From: a virus
Reading direction: 5' to 3' (one strand)
Length of the DNA stretch: 64,000 nucleotides
IMG/VR virus record: IMGVR_UViG_3300044616_001452
Below the pieces are notes generated by a model, which did not search any database, was not told the origin of the DNA, and worked only from the letters and a program-made list of their open reading frames with translations. This document shows, in pieces, positions 32,993 through 43,110 of this stretch; position 1 is the stretch's first letter; each line of letters opens with the position of its first letter. Position numbers and translations under genes: made by a program.

Positions 32993-35160
32993 TGGGTTTA
33001 GCGCATTCTTCAAGTATAGTCACTAATGGATTGGTTTTTTACTATGATATGAATAATATTAAAAAATCATGGAATGGAAAACCCGTAACAAACTATTATA
33101 CGAATGGACATTTTGCTGGTGGTCAACATGTAACCCAGGCTGCTAATGGTTCTTATTCTAATCCAACAAACACTGTAGTAGAAATGGCTAATCCTGGAGA
33201 CAGTCCATGGTGCTTACAAACAACTTCTGTTGGAGGATCTCCGTACACTGAATATGAATTATATTTGACAAATACGTTGACTACTAATACAACTTACTGT
33301 CTAAATTGTTGGTACGCTTTAACACCAGATTGGGATGGAAATAATACTGTATTTCATTCGAGATGGTTTAATCCTGATGGCAGTGAACAAGGCTCGTTAG
33401 GTGGTACAAGTTGGACTGTGGATCAAACACAAGTAATCGGTGGAATTACATGGAATAGAGTGTACACCACATTCACAACTGGAGCAACCACTAATGGGGC
33501 ACATAGTTGGTATGCAGGTTATCCTGCACAAAATACTAAAGGATATAGGTATTTTACAAATTTTCAAATTGAAGTGGGTTCAACACCCAGTAGATTTTCC
33601 AATGGCACAAGATATGCGAATTCAAACCTAGAATCTTCACCAAGTTATCCTTCATGGAATACACTCTCAGGGTCAAGTTATAGTGGTGGCACTCTAACAT
33701 TCACAGCAGGCTCTTACAACAGTAAAAGCGGATGGGACCTATACAAAACCTACAGTGGATTATCCACAGGTACAAATTATACATGGTCTGCTTTTGTTAA
33801 ATTAGGAACAGCAAGTAATCTAATTATTACAATGAATAACACTTCAGCATGGAACACTGGTCCATCGACTGTTGTGGCTGGTTTATCTAGCACGGATTGG
33901 ACAAGAGTGTATATCACCGGCACCACGAACACAGGATCATTTAATTTACATTTAGGTGCATCTTTCAATACAGAAGTGGCATCAACAGTTCAAAGTGCCG
34001 GCACAGTATTCATACAGGATGTTAGATTAGTTTTATCACAATCACAGACTGCTATTGCAGATATGATGGATAAAAATACGATTAACGCATCAAGTCTGAC
34101 ATATAACTCAGATGGAACTTTTAGTTTCAGTGGTAGTAATTCATTGACCATTTCAGCTAATCCAACAAGTTTTGATTTTAATAGTCAACAAACAATTATT
34201 TTATGGATGACAAATAAATCCACATCTGCAACTAGAAGAAATCCTTATAATCAAGCATATGCAGGTGGAGGAACAATCACACATGAAAACGATGCAGGAT
34301 TTAATTATTATTATGGAACAGGTGGAGGCGACAATGACCCATATACAAGTTTATATTCCTCTTTCAATGTGATTCAAGGTGAAAGAGCCATGATTGCTCT
34401 AACAAGAAACACTTCAACCACATCATGGTACAAGAATGGTGTGTTTAGTAATTCGCATGGTAATCCATACGGCACGGTTGTAACAGGAACAAATGCTATT
34501 ACAATTGGCTCCGGTTATACAACAGGTTTTGTTGGTGAAATACATGCAGTACAATTATATACTAGAGCACTTTCTGCTTCTGAGATTGCACAAAATTATT
34601 TTGCACTTTCAGAACGTTATTTTGGTTATCAGAGAATGAATTACGTTGCTTCTGGTAATGTGACATTAACTAATAACGGAACAGAAGAAGTTACAATGTT
34701 TAAAAATTCTGACAACAATAGTTGGAACGGAGAAGTTAGATCAACCGAAATGTTTACTGCACCCTGCACTATAGAATTTAGTAAAGATGCGGCCGATGGA
34801 GATAACGGAGCAAGTTATGCAATGATTGGATGGAATACTGATCCAACCGCAGATTCTAGTTATACTTCTCTAGACTATGCTTCATATCCATATCGCAAAG
34901 ATAATTATACGGTCTATCATAATGGAAATCAAGTAAATTTTTCAGGAACATGGGAATCTTCAAAACGATTTTATGTAGTTTACGATACAGACGGATATAT
35001 CCGTCATTACAACGGAAATAAATTGTTATACATCGTAAACTATGGAACAGGAAATAAAGTTTATTTTGACTCCTCATTTTATTCTGTTAATTCAACATTC
35101 GGTGGATTCTCAAACGTAAAAGTGTGTAGACGTTCATGGAATGGTTATACGTATGTTTAA
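32992..35160 (+). CDS. Multi-domain carbohydrate-binding/LamG (concanavalin A-like) virion protein
   Basis: IVTNGLVFYYD N-terminus; CBM-like beta-sandwiches (FQIEVGSTPSRF); LamG GEIHAVQLYTRALSASEIAQNY. Confidence 0.75.
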   Translation: MGLAHSSSIVTNGLVFYYDMNNIKKSWNGKPVTNYYTNGHFAGGQHVTQAANGSYSNPTNTVVEMANPGDSPWCLQTTSVGGSPYTEYELYLTNTLTTNTTYCLNCWYALTPDWDGNNTVFHSRWFNPDGSEQGSLGGTSWTVDQTQVIGGITWNRVYTTFTTGATTNGAHSWYAGYPAQNTKGYRYFTNFQIEVGSTPSRFSNGTRYANSNLESSPSYPSWNTLSGSSYSGGTLTFTAGSYNSKSGWDLYKTYSGLSTGTNYTWSAFVKLGTASNLIITMNNTSAWNTGPSTVVAGLSSTDWTRVYITGTTNTGSFNLHLGASFNTEVASTVQSAGTVFIQDVRLVLSQSQTAIADMMDKNTINASSLTYNSDGTFSFSGSNSLTISANPTSFDFNSQQTIILWMTNKSTSATRRNPYNQAYAGGGTITHENDAGFNYYYGTGGGDNDPYTSLYSSFNVIQGERAMIALTRNTSTTSWYKNGVFSNSHGNPYGTVVTGTNAITIGSGYTTGFVGEIHAVQLYTRALSASEIAQNYFALSERYFGYQRMNYVASGNVTLTNNGTEEVTMFKNSDNNSWNGEVRSTEMFTAPCTIEFSKDAADGDNGASYAMIGWNTDPTADSSYTSLDYASYPYRKDNYTVYHNGNQVNFSGTWESSKRFYVVYDTDGYIRHYNGNKLLYIVNYGTGNKVYFDSSFYSVNSTFGGFSNVKVCRRSWNGYTYV

Positions 35161-35169
35161 GGAAAAATT

Positions 35170-35598
35170 ATGGCACATTACGCAAAAGTAGAAAACGGAA
35201 TTGTTACACAAGTTATTGTAGCAGATCAAGAATTCATTGACTCAGGTGCATTGGGTGATCCTACACAATGGATTCAAACTAGTTACAATACATTTGGTGG
35301 TGTACACAGAAGTGGAGGTACCCCTCTCAGAAAAAACTATGCAGGTGTTGGATATTTGTACATGTCAGATATTGATGCATTTGTTCCACCAAAAGTATAT
35401 GAGAGTTGGGTTTTAAATACTGAGACAGGTTTATGGGATGCTCCTGTGCCTAGACCAGAAAATAAACAATATGTAGTTTGGGATGAAGAAATAAAAAATT
35501 GGAAAGAGACTCCAAGTATATTACCTCCTACTATCACAATCTTTGGAGCAACTCCAACTGAATCAATATCGAGTAACACAGTATTCGGAGAAAACTAA
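35170..35598 (+). CDS. Fibre-associated small protein (MAHYA family)
   Basis: MAHYAKVENGIVTQVIVA..WIQTSYNT..LRKNYAG..WDAPVPRP; commonly adjacent to Gly-rich adhesins. Confidence 0.7.
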   Translation: MAHYAKVENGIVTQVIVADQEFIDSGALGDPTQWIQTSYNTFGGVHRSGGTPLRKNYAGVGYLYMSDIDAFVPPKVYESWVLNTETGLWDAPVPRPENKQYVVWDEEIKNWKETPSILPPTITIFGATPTESISSNTVFGEN

Positions 35599-38081
35599 TG
35601 GGTGTATCCGCCGGACCAAATGTAGTAAGAGACAGTGATTACCAAGTACACGTTTGTACTGGTTCGGGATCTTTTGTACCCAACTTTACAGGAACAGTTG
35701 AGGTTCTTGTTGTTGCTGGCGGCGGTGGCGGTGGTATGGACATGGGTGGTGGAGGTGGAGGAGGTGGTGTTCTCACTAGCACAACCTATGCAGTCACATC
35801 AGGATCAGGCATAACTGTCACTGTCGGCGCTGGCGGTGTTGGAGCACCTTCAGGTGGACCTCCACAACCATGGGGGCATCAATTTACAGCTAGTGCAACC
35901 TCAGGTGGCAACTCAGTTTTTGGTTCACTAACTGCTGTTGGTGGTGGATACGGAGGAAGTTCTTATTTCGGGTATACTCCAAATAATGGTTATGGTGCAA
36001 ACGGTGGTTCAGGTGGAGGTGCTTCAGGTTATTCAGATGGTAGCACTGGCAGAAATGGATCGGGTACAGTAGGGCAAGGAAATGCAGGCGGCGGTAGCAT
36101 AGGGCAATATTATTCTGGGGGTGGAGGTGGTGCCGGTGCAGCAGGTTCAAACGGTGGCACTGCAAATGGTGGTGCAGGAGTTTTAAACAACATTTTAGGT
36201 GGTGGAAAAAACTATTATTGGGCCGGCGGAGGTGGCGGTTCAGGTTACAGCAGCGGCACTGGCGGGAACGGTGGGTTAGGTGGAGGTGGTGGCGGTACAC
36301 CAGGAGGAACATCTAACGGATTAGGTGACACAAACGGATTAAATCCTGGAAGAAATGGTGGTATGGGACCAGGGGGTAATTGGACTAATGTTCCAGGAGG
36401 TGATGGAGGTAAAAATACCGGTGGTGGCGGTGGTGGTGGGAACCATTATAATCGAAGCAATAGAGGAGGCAATGGTGGTTCAGGAATAGTAATCATACGC
36501 CATCTCAAGTCTTCCGGAACATCAACATTTAACGGGCTTGCAGACAATAGAAGCTCTATTATATTCAATATGGACCCAGCAAATATTGCAAAAGGAATGG
36601 CTGTAGAAGTTTTAGTTGTTGGAGGTGGCGGCGGTGGTGGTATGGACATGGGTGGTGGAGGTGGGGGAGGTGGTGTTGTATATAATCCAGCAATGAGAGT
36701 ACAATTAAATGCTGCTATGACTGTGATAGTCGGTGCAGGAGGCAATGGATCACCTGGTACTTATGGAAGTAATCCTGTGACTGGATTCACTGGAGGAAAT
36801 TCATCAGTTGGAGAAGTTGTTGGCTATGGTGGAGGTGGCGGTGGTTCTGGGCACTCATCAAGCCCAGGATATGCTGGAAATTACACAGGTTCAAGTGGAA
36901 ATGGTGGAGGAGCTGGCGGCGACGCTGCATACTCTGGTGGCGGTAGAGGAATGGGTAGTGATCCTGCACCATTAGATGTACCTCAAGGATATTCGGGAGG
37001 TTCGGCAAAACCATACGCATATGGAGCAGGTGGCGGTGGAGGATCCAATAGACCTGGTGCTGCTGGTAGATATCATGGGCAACAGTCTGGAGGTAATGGC
37101 GGAGACGGGGTATTTTCATCAATTGCTGGAACTGGATATTATTGGGGTGGCGGAGGAGGTGGTGCATCATGGGATGTCACCTCCGGAGGAAGCGGAGGTG
37201 CAGGTGGTGGAGGCGGAGGCAGTGTATACAATGGGTTTACGCCAGGTTCTGGAGATACTAACGGATATAATGCAGGAGGTAATGGAACAGCGGCATCCAG
37301 TTCTAATGGTGGTGCCGGTGGCGCTAACACCGGAGGTGGAGGAGGTGGTGGCACACACTCACACTCTGTTGGCGGAAATGGTGGTTCCGGAATTGTAATC
37401 ATTCGTTACTATGGTTCACAAAAAGCTACAGGTGGAACTATTACTTCTTCTGGTGGATATACAGTACACACGTTTACAAGCTCAGGAACATTTACACCTA
37501 CTGATAATATAGGTGCAAGGGATATGGGACCGTTTAATAATGGATTGACAGCAATTAGTGTCACATATAATGCATCAAATGGAGGATACTTTTCTTGGAG
37601 TGAAGGAGTGAATGCTAGAATACAAAGTTCAAATGCAAATTTTTCATTTGGTACTGGAGATTTTACTTTAGAATGTTGGATAAATCCTACTAATTTTAAT
37701 AATTATACACATATGATAGCACTTCCAGATCAAAACACATTTGCACTCAAAGCAAACGTAAATGATGGAGCAATATATTTTTATAGCCCAAGTTTCTCTA
37801 CTTATCCAACTTCGGGATGGACTCTGACTGCTGGTGTTTGGAACCATGTAGTAATGACCCGTGCTAGTAGTACGTCCTATAGTTATTTAAACGGTGTTCT
37901 TAAAGGATCGAAAGCAGGATTTACAAACTCGTTTGGTGAACAAATATTAAACATTGGTAATGGTTTTAGCAATGAATATACAGCAAAAAGTATAGCAGCG
38001 GTTAAAATATATAACAAAGCACTAACCGCCGATGAAGTGTATCAGAATTTCGTATCCATGCGTGGGCGTTATGGAATATAA
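35598..38081 (+). CDS. Glycine-rich (polyglycine) adhesin with duplicated domain and C-terminal LamG
   Basis: Two VEVLVV.GGGGGGMDMGGGGGGGGV domains ending GGSGIVIIR; FGTGDFTLECWINP..WNHVV..IYNKALTADEVYQNF. Confidence 0.8.
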   Translation: MGVSAGPNVVRDSDYQVHVCTGSGSFVPNFTGTVEVLVVAGGGGGGMDMGGGGGGGGVLTSTTYAVTSGSGITVTVGAGGVGAPSGGPPQPWGHQFTASATSGGNSVFGSLTAVGGGYGGSSYFGYTPNNGYGANGGSGGGASGYSDGSTGRNGSGTVGQGNAGGGSIGQYYSGGGGGAGAAGSNGGTANGGAGVLNNILGGGKNYYWAGGGGGSGYSSGTGGNGGLGGGGGGTPGGTSNGLGDTNGLNPGRNGGMGPGGNWTNVPGGDGGKNTGGGGGGGNHYNRSNRGGNGGSGIVIIRHLKSSGTSTFNGLADNRSSIIFNMDPANIAKGMAVEVLVVGGGGGGGMDMGGGGGGGGVVYNPAMRVQLNAAMTVIVGAGGNGSPGTYGSNPVTGFTGGNSSVGEVVGYGGGGGGSGHSSSPGYAGNYTGSSGNGGGAGGDAAYSGGGRGMGSDPAPLDVPQGYSGGSAKPYAYGAGGGGGSNRPGAAGRYHGQQSGGNGGDGVFSSIAGTGYYWGGGGGGASWDVTSGGSGGAGGGGGGSVYNGFTPGSGDTNGYNAGGNGTAASSSNGGAGGANTGGGGGGGTHSHSVGGNGGSGIVIIRYYGSQKATGGTITSSGGYTVHTFTSSGTFTPTDNIGARDMGPFNNGLTAISVTYNASNGGYFSWSEGVNARIQSSNANFSFGTGDFTLECWINPTNFNNYTHMIALPDQNTFALKANVNDGAIYFYSPSFSTYPTSGWTLTAGVWNHVVMTRASSTSYSYLNGVLKGSKAGFTNSFGEQILNIGNGFSNEYTAKSIAAVKIYNKALTADEVYQNFVSMRGRYGI

Positions 38082-38087
38082 TAAATA
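38080..38087 (+). promoter_or_regulatory. Late promoter variant (AATAAATA)
   Basis: At the upstream stop codon, 21 nt before the next start. Confidence 0.5.
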
Positions 38088-38108
38088 TAATTAAAAACAG
38101 GAACATAG

Positions 38109-40508
38109 ATGGCAAATTCAGATAAAAATTTAGTTATCACACCTAATATAAGTTCATCATCAGATGATCCAAAGGTTGTATTCAGCGCCGCTAATACATC
38201 TGGAGGTCCTTTCAACATCACTGCTCGCGCATATCCGACCTCGAACGGAACTCTTTCTTTTGAAGGATCCGCAGGGCAGCTATTCTCGATTACGAACAGT
38301 CTGACGGGAACACTTTTCTCCGTCAATGACATTTCTGGTATTCCATCTATCGAAGTTCTTGATTCTGGTGCAGTCAAACTTGCACAATATTCGGGTAATG
38401 TGTTAGTGGGTGGCACAACCACCGACGGTGTAAGTAAACTTCAAGTTACAGGTTCAGCTAACGTATCTTCTCTAAGAATACAAGGATACGGGCAAGTCAT
38501 CAGCAGTTCAGGTACATGGACAGGACCAAATAGTGGATTGATTGGACCACAAGGTCCAATTGGACCAATCGGACCTATAGGACCCATAGGTCCTATTGGT
38601 CCAACAGGCCCACAAGGTCCAATAGGACCAGGAGGTCCGGGCGGTCCAGGTGGTCCAATCGGTCCTATTGGGCCCATAGGTCCAATCGGTCCTATTGGTC
38701 CAACAGGCCCACAAGGTCCAATTGGACCAGGAGGTCCGGGCGGTCCAGGTGGACCAATCGGCCCCATAGGCCCCATCGGTCCAATTGGTCCTATTGGTCC
38801 AACAGGCCCACAAGGTCCAATAGGACCAGGAGGTCCAGGTGGTCCAATCGGTCCTATTGGGCCCATCGGCCCCATCGGTCCAATAGGTCCTACTGGTCCA
38901 CAAGGTCCAATAGGACCAATAGGACCAATAGGACCAGGTGGACCAATAGGTCCAATTGGTCCCATAGGACCAACAGGCCCACAAGGTCCAATAGGACCGA
39001 TTGGACCAATAGGACCAGGAGGTCCGGGCGGTCCAGGTGGTCCAGGTGGTCCTATTGGGCCCATTGGTCCAATTGGTCCAGTAGGCACTCTAACTGCTCA
39101 GAAAAACTTTGTCGTTACAGATACTAATGTACTTGGAGCATCTGCTTGCTGGAACACATTAATTGGGCAAGGTGCAGGATGCGCGCTTTCATCAGGTGAT
39201 GGAAATGTTTTTATAGGAAAACAAGCAGGAAGATATAATAACGGGCAAGAAAATGTATTTTTAGGTTCATATGCTGGTTACAAATACACAGGAAATTATA
39301 ATATAGCTTTTGGAATTGCAAGTGCTATATGTGCTCAAGGAGCAAATCATAATGTAACTATGGGGTGTAGTGCAGGTAGATATCTTACAACAGGTAGTTA
39401 TAATATTTTCATAGGGAGATTGTCTGGTTTTTATAGTTCAATTGGAACCAGTAATGTTTTTATAGGTGATCAGGCAGGTTTCTGCGCCGGAAATTCTGCT
39501 GTAAAAACTAATAATGTTTTTATAGGTAGAAGGGCAGGATACGCAGGAGCCGGCCGACAATCTATTTTCATAGGGCAATATTCGGGAGAATTTGGTGCAG
39601 GGTCATTACCAAATGCAATTGGAATAGGCAACCAAGCAATGAGGCGTACTCAAGGTACTGCCGCTATTGCCATAGGACATTATGCTGGTGGTTGCTGTTC
39701 AGGAACTTGCGTAATTTCAATTGGTGCAAATGCTGGCATGTATAATGGTGGGCTAGGTAACGTGAATATTGGGCATTGTGCTGGTTGGTGCGCTTCATCC
39801 GGATTAAATGTAATGGTTGGTTATTTGACCGGGCTAATCAACACCGCAGCATGTAATAATTTTTTTGGTTACAACACAGGAAGATTTAACACAACAGGAA
39901 CTATTAATTCTTTTTTTGGCACATTTGCAGGTTACAATAATGCTTCGGGCTCTTGCAACACCGCATTTGGTTCATTTGCGGGTTGCAATATGTCTACCGG
40001 CTCGAATGTAACCACAATTGGATACGACGCGCAACCAAGTTCTGGAACAGTATCAAACGAAGTTACAATAGGAAATGGTGCAGTTACAAGCACAAGATTG
40101 AGGGGGCTAGTTGCAACAGGCAGTGCAATTTTAGAAACTTTTGTTACAGTTGGCGCGGCGACCGGAACAATAAATTATGATGTGTTTTCCCAGAGTGTTT
40201 ATTGGTCAAATTCAAACGCTACAGGAAACTGGACTTTAAACATAAGAGGAAATTCTACCACATCACTTAATAGCGTATTAGCCGTAAATCAAAGCATTTC
40301 TATCGCATTTATAGCACAACAAGGTGCAACAGCATATTATCAAACAGGTTTTCAAATAGACGGGTCGGCGGTAACTCCAAAATGGCAAACAGGTGTGGCA
40401 CCTGCCAGCGGAAATGCAAACTCAAATGATATGTATGTCATCACGATCTTAAAAACTGGATCGGCAGCGTATACTGTATTTGAAACACAGACTAAATTTG
40501 GATTATAA
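38109..40508 (+). CDS. Collagen-containing fibre with Cys-rich NxFIG..AG repeats and C-terminal adaptor domain
   Basis: [26 protein letters not shown]; collagen region; repeats; [20 protein letters not shown]. Confidence 0.8.
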   Translation: MANSDKNLVITPNISSSSDDPKVVFSAANTSGGPFNITARAYPTSNGTLSFEGSAGQLFSITNSLTGTLFSVNDISGIPSIEVLDSGAVKLAQYSGNVLVGGTTTDGVSKLQVTGSANVSSLRIQGYGQVISSSGTWTGPNSGLIGPQGPIGPIGPIGPIGPIGPTGPQGPIGPGGPGGPGGPIGPIGPIGPIGPIGPTGPQGPIGPGGPGGPGGPIGPIGPIGPIGPIGPTGPQGPIGPGGPGGPIGPIGPIGPIGPIGPTGPQGPIGPIGPIGPGGPIGPIGPIGPTGPQGPIGPIGPIGPGGPGGPGGPGGPIGPIGPIGPVGTLTAQKNFVVTDTNVLGASACWNTLIGQGAGCALSSGDGNVFIGKQAGRYNNGQENVFLGSYAGYKYTGNYNIAFGIASAICAQGANHNVTMGCSAGRYLTTGSYNIFIGRLSGFYSSIGTSNVFIGDQAGFCAGNSAVKTNNVFIGRRAGYAGAGRQSIFIGQYSGEFGAGSLPNAIGIGNQAMRRTQGTAAIAIGHYAGGCCSGTCVISIGANAGMYNGGLGNVNIGHCAGWCASSGLNVMVGYLTGLINTAACNNFFGYNTGRFNTTGTINSFFGTFAGYNNASGSCNTAFGSFAGCNMSTGSNVTTIGYDAQPSSGTVSNEVTIGNGAVTSTRLRGLVATGSAILETFVTVGAATGTINYDVFSQSVYWSNSNATGNWTLNIRGNSTTSLNSVLAVNQSISIAFIAQQGATAYYQTGFQIDGSAVTPKWQTGVAPASGNANSNDMYVITILKTGSAAYTVFETQTKFGL
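38544..39086 (+). repeat. Collagen-like repeat, about 60 triplets
   Basis: Continuous Gly-Pro-Y. Confidence 0.95.
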
Positions 40509-40510
40509 TC

Positions 40511-41191
40511 ATGCCATCATTTGGTAATTTTTCCTCACGAGGGCTAGGGCAAGCAATTTTAATGTATAGATTGCAACTTGGCACCAAAGCTCCAACTTTA
40601 GGTGCAAGTGGAGCAAGTTGGACGCCTTCTGGTTGGACAAGTCTTCAAAACGCATCTGTTGATGATAGTTTTGTTAGTGTTACAATTCCTTCATTTGTCA
40701 TGGGTAGTGCATCTTTTACAACAGCATATATTGGATCCAATACATATATAACTTTTAGTAGCGGATCTACTGTCTTTAGCGGTTTAAATGGGGGCAATCC
40801 AGTATTAAACAAAATTCATTTAGGTGCAGCCGATAATTCATATCAACGAGTTGCTTATAGAAATTCTCCACGTTCTGGTGCATATACTAGAATACGTTAC
40901 GAAGGTACCGCTTCCACGAGTGGAACCGCAGGATCACCAAATATTGTATATGAAGCAACATTTTTTAATATAGCGGACACTGGAGGAATATCAGTTGTAG
41001 AAGTATTATTTGGAACTCATGGTCGTACAAGTGGTGCAGCAGGTATAGCCGGTTTCAATTCATATTACGCAACACCTTCACCTGCTGGATTTTATTCTGC
41101 AAATCAAAGTTACGTTTTCATGGCAAATAACACATCAGGTACGTCTTGGACAATATATACTGGTTATTACTTAGCAGGGACGGATTATTAA
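40511..41191 (+). CDS. Hypothetical fibre-tip/receptor-binding protein
   Basis: S/T/G-rich beta protein directly after the adaptor-bearing fibre. Confidence 0.5.
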   Translation: MPSFGNFSSRGLGQAILMYRLQLGTKAPTLGASGASWTPSGWTSLQNASVDDSFVSVTIPSFVMGSASFTTAYIGSNTYITFSSGSTVFSGLNGGNPVLNKIHLGAADNSYQRVAYRNSPRSGAYTRIRYEGTASTSGTAGSPNIVYEATFFNIADTGGISVVEVLFGTHGRTSGAAGIAGFNSYYATPSPAGFYSANQSYVFMANNTSGTSWTIYTGYYLAGTDY

Positions 41192-41192
41192 A

Positions 41193-41675
41193 ATGTATGC
41201 AAAAATTTTAAACAATGCGGTTGTAAAATACCCCTTCACTTTAGTTGAATTAGAACAAGAAAATCCATATACGAAATATAATATGGATGTGGATTTGATT
41301 GATATCTATCCGAAAACAGAAACAGGAACAAGAGAAAATTCTTTTTTGGTTGAAGTGCATTCTTCAACACCTCCGTCTTTTAATCCTGCATTGGAAAAAA
41401 TAGTCGAATCGAATCCAGTCCTAAGCAATGGGCAATGGGTACAAAATTGGGTCATTGAACAGTTAACAGAGGAAGAAAGGCTTCAAGCAGAAGAAGAAAA
41501 ATCTTCCGAAATTAGAAAACAAAGAAACGAACTTCTATCTGATACTGATTGGACACAATTGAATGATGTTTCTTCAACCGTATCTCAACAATATGCGAAT
41601 TATAGACAAGCATTAAGAGATATGCCACAACAATCAGGATTTCCTTGGAACATTACATGGCCAAATGTGACATGA
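41193..41675 (+). CDS. Tail fibre assembly chaperone
   Basis: IRKQRNELLSDTDWTQLND..YRQALRDMPQQSGFPWNITWP. Confidence 0.85.
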   Translation: MYAKILNNAVVKYPFTLVELEQENPYTKYNMDVDLIDIYPKTETGTRENSFLVEVHSSTPPSFNPALEKIVESNPVLSNGQWVQNWVIEQLTEEERLQAEEEKSSEIRKQRNELLSDTDWTQLNDVSSTVSQQYANYRQALRDMPQQSGFPWNITWPNVT

Positions 41676-41681
41676 TAAATA
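41674..41681 (+). promoter_or_regulatory. Late promoter variant (GATAAATA) heading the glycosyl/sulfotransferase cassette
   Basis: 7/8 match to TATAAATA, 21 nt upstream of the ATG, with an AAGGTG RBS. Confidence 0.6.
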
Positions 41682-41702
41682 TTATTTTTATGAAGGTGAA
41701 TT

Positions 41703-42344
41703 ATGAAACGTATATTAATTGCTACACCATGTCTTTATGGTAAAGTTGACGCATATTATGTACACAGTTTATGCGAATCAATTAAACTAGGGCTTAAACA
41801 CTCCTTAGCCATCAATGCAATTTTTCTCGCAGAAGAAAGTATACTCACAATTGCAAGAAATGAACTTATCAATTTAGCATATCGAGATGAATATGATGCT
41901 ATGGTCTTTATTGATGATGATGAACTTTGGGCTCCAGAAGCATTGATTGAAATTATTCTTTCAGAAAAGGATGTGGTTGGAGTTCCTGTTGTAAATAAAG
42001 GCGATGCTAAAGTAGAATATAATGTTTCTTATGATAAAAATAAAGTGTATAAAGATAAAGATGATGAGTATATCAAAGTCAGAAGTGTTGGTACAGGTTT
42101 CCTAAAATTATCCAGAAAAGTCATCGTTGATCTGTGTGAATCAAATTCGGAAATTATTTTCAGAAACAAAAAATTAAAAAATGTATTTGAATTTAATTAT
42201 ATAAACGGTGCATTTATAGGTGAAGATATAATGCTATGTCGAAAACTACATGAATTGGGGTATGGTATATGGATTAATCCAAAACATACCGTTTCACATA
42301 TGGGTGTAAAAATGTATAAAGGTGACTTTCAAAAAAATATTTAA
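41703..42344 (+). CDS. GT-A fold glycosyltransferase (GT2-like)
   Basis: ILIATP, ARNELI, VFIDDD (DxD), GTGFLKL, GEDIMLC..H.G. Confidence 0.75.
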   Translation: MKRILIATPCLYGKVDAYYVHSLCESIKLGLKHSLAINAIFLAEESILTIARNELINLAYRDEYDAMVFIDDDELWAPEALIEIILSEKDVVGVPVVNKGDAKVEYNVSYDKNKVYKDKDDEYIKVRSVGTGFLKLSRKVIVDLCESNSEIIFRNKKLKNVFEFNYINGAFIGEDIMLCRKLHELGYGIWINPKHTVSHMGVKMYKGDFQKNI

Positions 42345-42346
42345 TC

Positions 42347-43108
42347 ATGAAAAATAAAATTGATGTTGTTATACCAACAATGTGGGCATATGAGCCTTTT
42401 CCTAAAATTTTAGAAAAATATTCAAAGTTTGAATCTATCAATAATATTTTTTTAATTGACAATTCACTACATTCAAAAAATAAAAAAACAATCAAACATA
42501 TTGACAAAGTTGTTGAGATTTGCTATGGTAGAAACATTTATGTGAATTCAGCATGGAATGAAGGCTATCATAGATCAAAGGCTGATATACTGTGTCTGCT
42601 TAATGATGATATTTCAGTTGATGAAAGTATATTTGATAAAATGTCAGAGTTAGATTTCTCTGAAATAGATGTTATTGGAGTACATCTAAAAGGTAGTATT
42701 GATAATTATCATATTGTCGAACATGAAACTATTGAGGATGAATTGATAAAACTTAATGTTGATAAAACAAAAGCAATCGGTGGGCAAAGTTATGCTTTTG
42801 GTGTCTGCATGTTCATCAAACGTTCCTCTTATAGAGTTATACCAAGTTTATATAAAATTTGGTATGGAGATGACTACTTAATTCAAAAATGTAAAAACAT
42901 TTATGCTTTGAAAACCAGCAAAATAAAAGGAGAAATTTCAAAAACTATCACTGCATTCGATAAAGACAGTGACATACAAAAACGAATAGAACTGGATTCA
43001 AAAAATGCATACAAGTTTTTTTACCCTGCAAAAAATTGGGATTTAGTACAGAGCTATGCATTGAAAGAACAAAAAACTATACCATTTTTAGAAAGAAGGA
43101 AATATTGA
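42347..43108 (+). CDS. Glycosyltransferase family 2-like
   Basis: DVVIPTMW, LIDN, VNSAWNEG, LLNDDI, WYGDDYL. Confidence 0.75.
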   Translation: MKNKIDVVIPTMWAYEPFPKILEKYSKFESINNIFLIDNSLHSKNKKTIKHIDKVVEICYGRNIYVNSAWNEGYHRSKADILCLLNDDISVDESIFDKMSELDFSEIDVIGVHLKGSIDNYHIVEHETIEDELIKLNVDKTKAIGGQSYAFGVCMFIKRSSYRVIPSLYKIWYGDDYLIQKCKNIYALKTSKIKGEISKTITAFDKDSDIQKRIELDSKNAYKFFYPAKNWDLVQSYALKEQKTIPFLERRKY

Positions 43109-43110
43109 TT

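Noticed and set aside
25038-39088. Long minus-strand and alternative-frame ORFs over the collagen tracts (GPIGPC, WSDWSL, LVRLV repeats)
   Set aside because: GGACC and GGTCC are reverse complements, so Gly-Pro repeats automatically give stop-free antisense frames. They have no RBS or independent domains.
25590-41191. Diversity-generating retroelement acting on fibre tips (AAC-rich repeats, lectin-like genes)
   Set aside because: No reverse transcriptase is present, and no template/variable repeat pair differing only at adenines was seen in the window.
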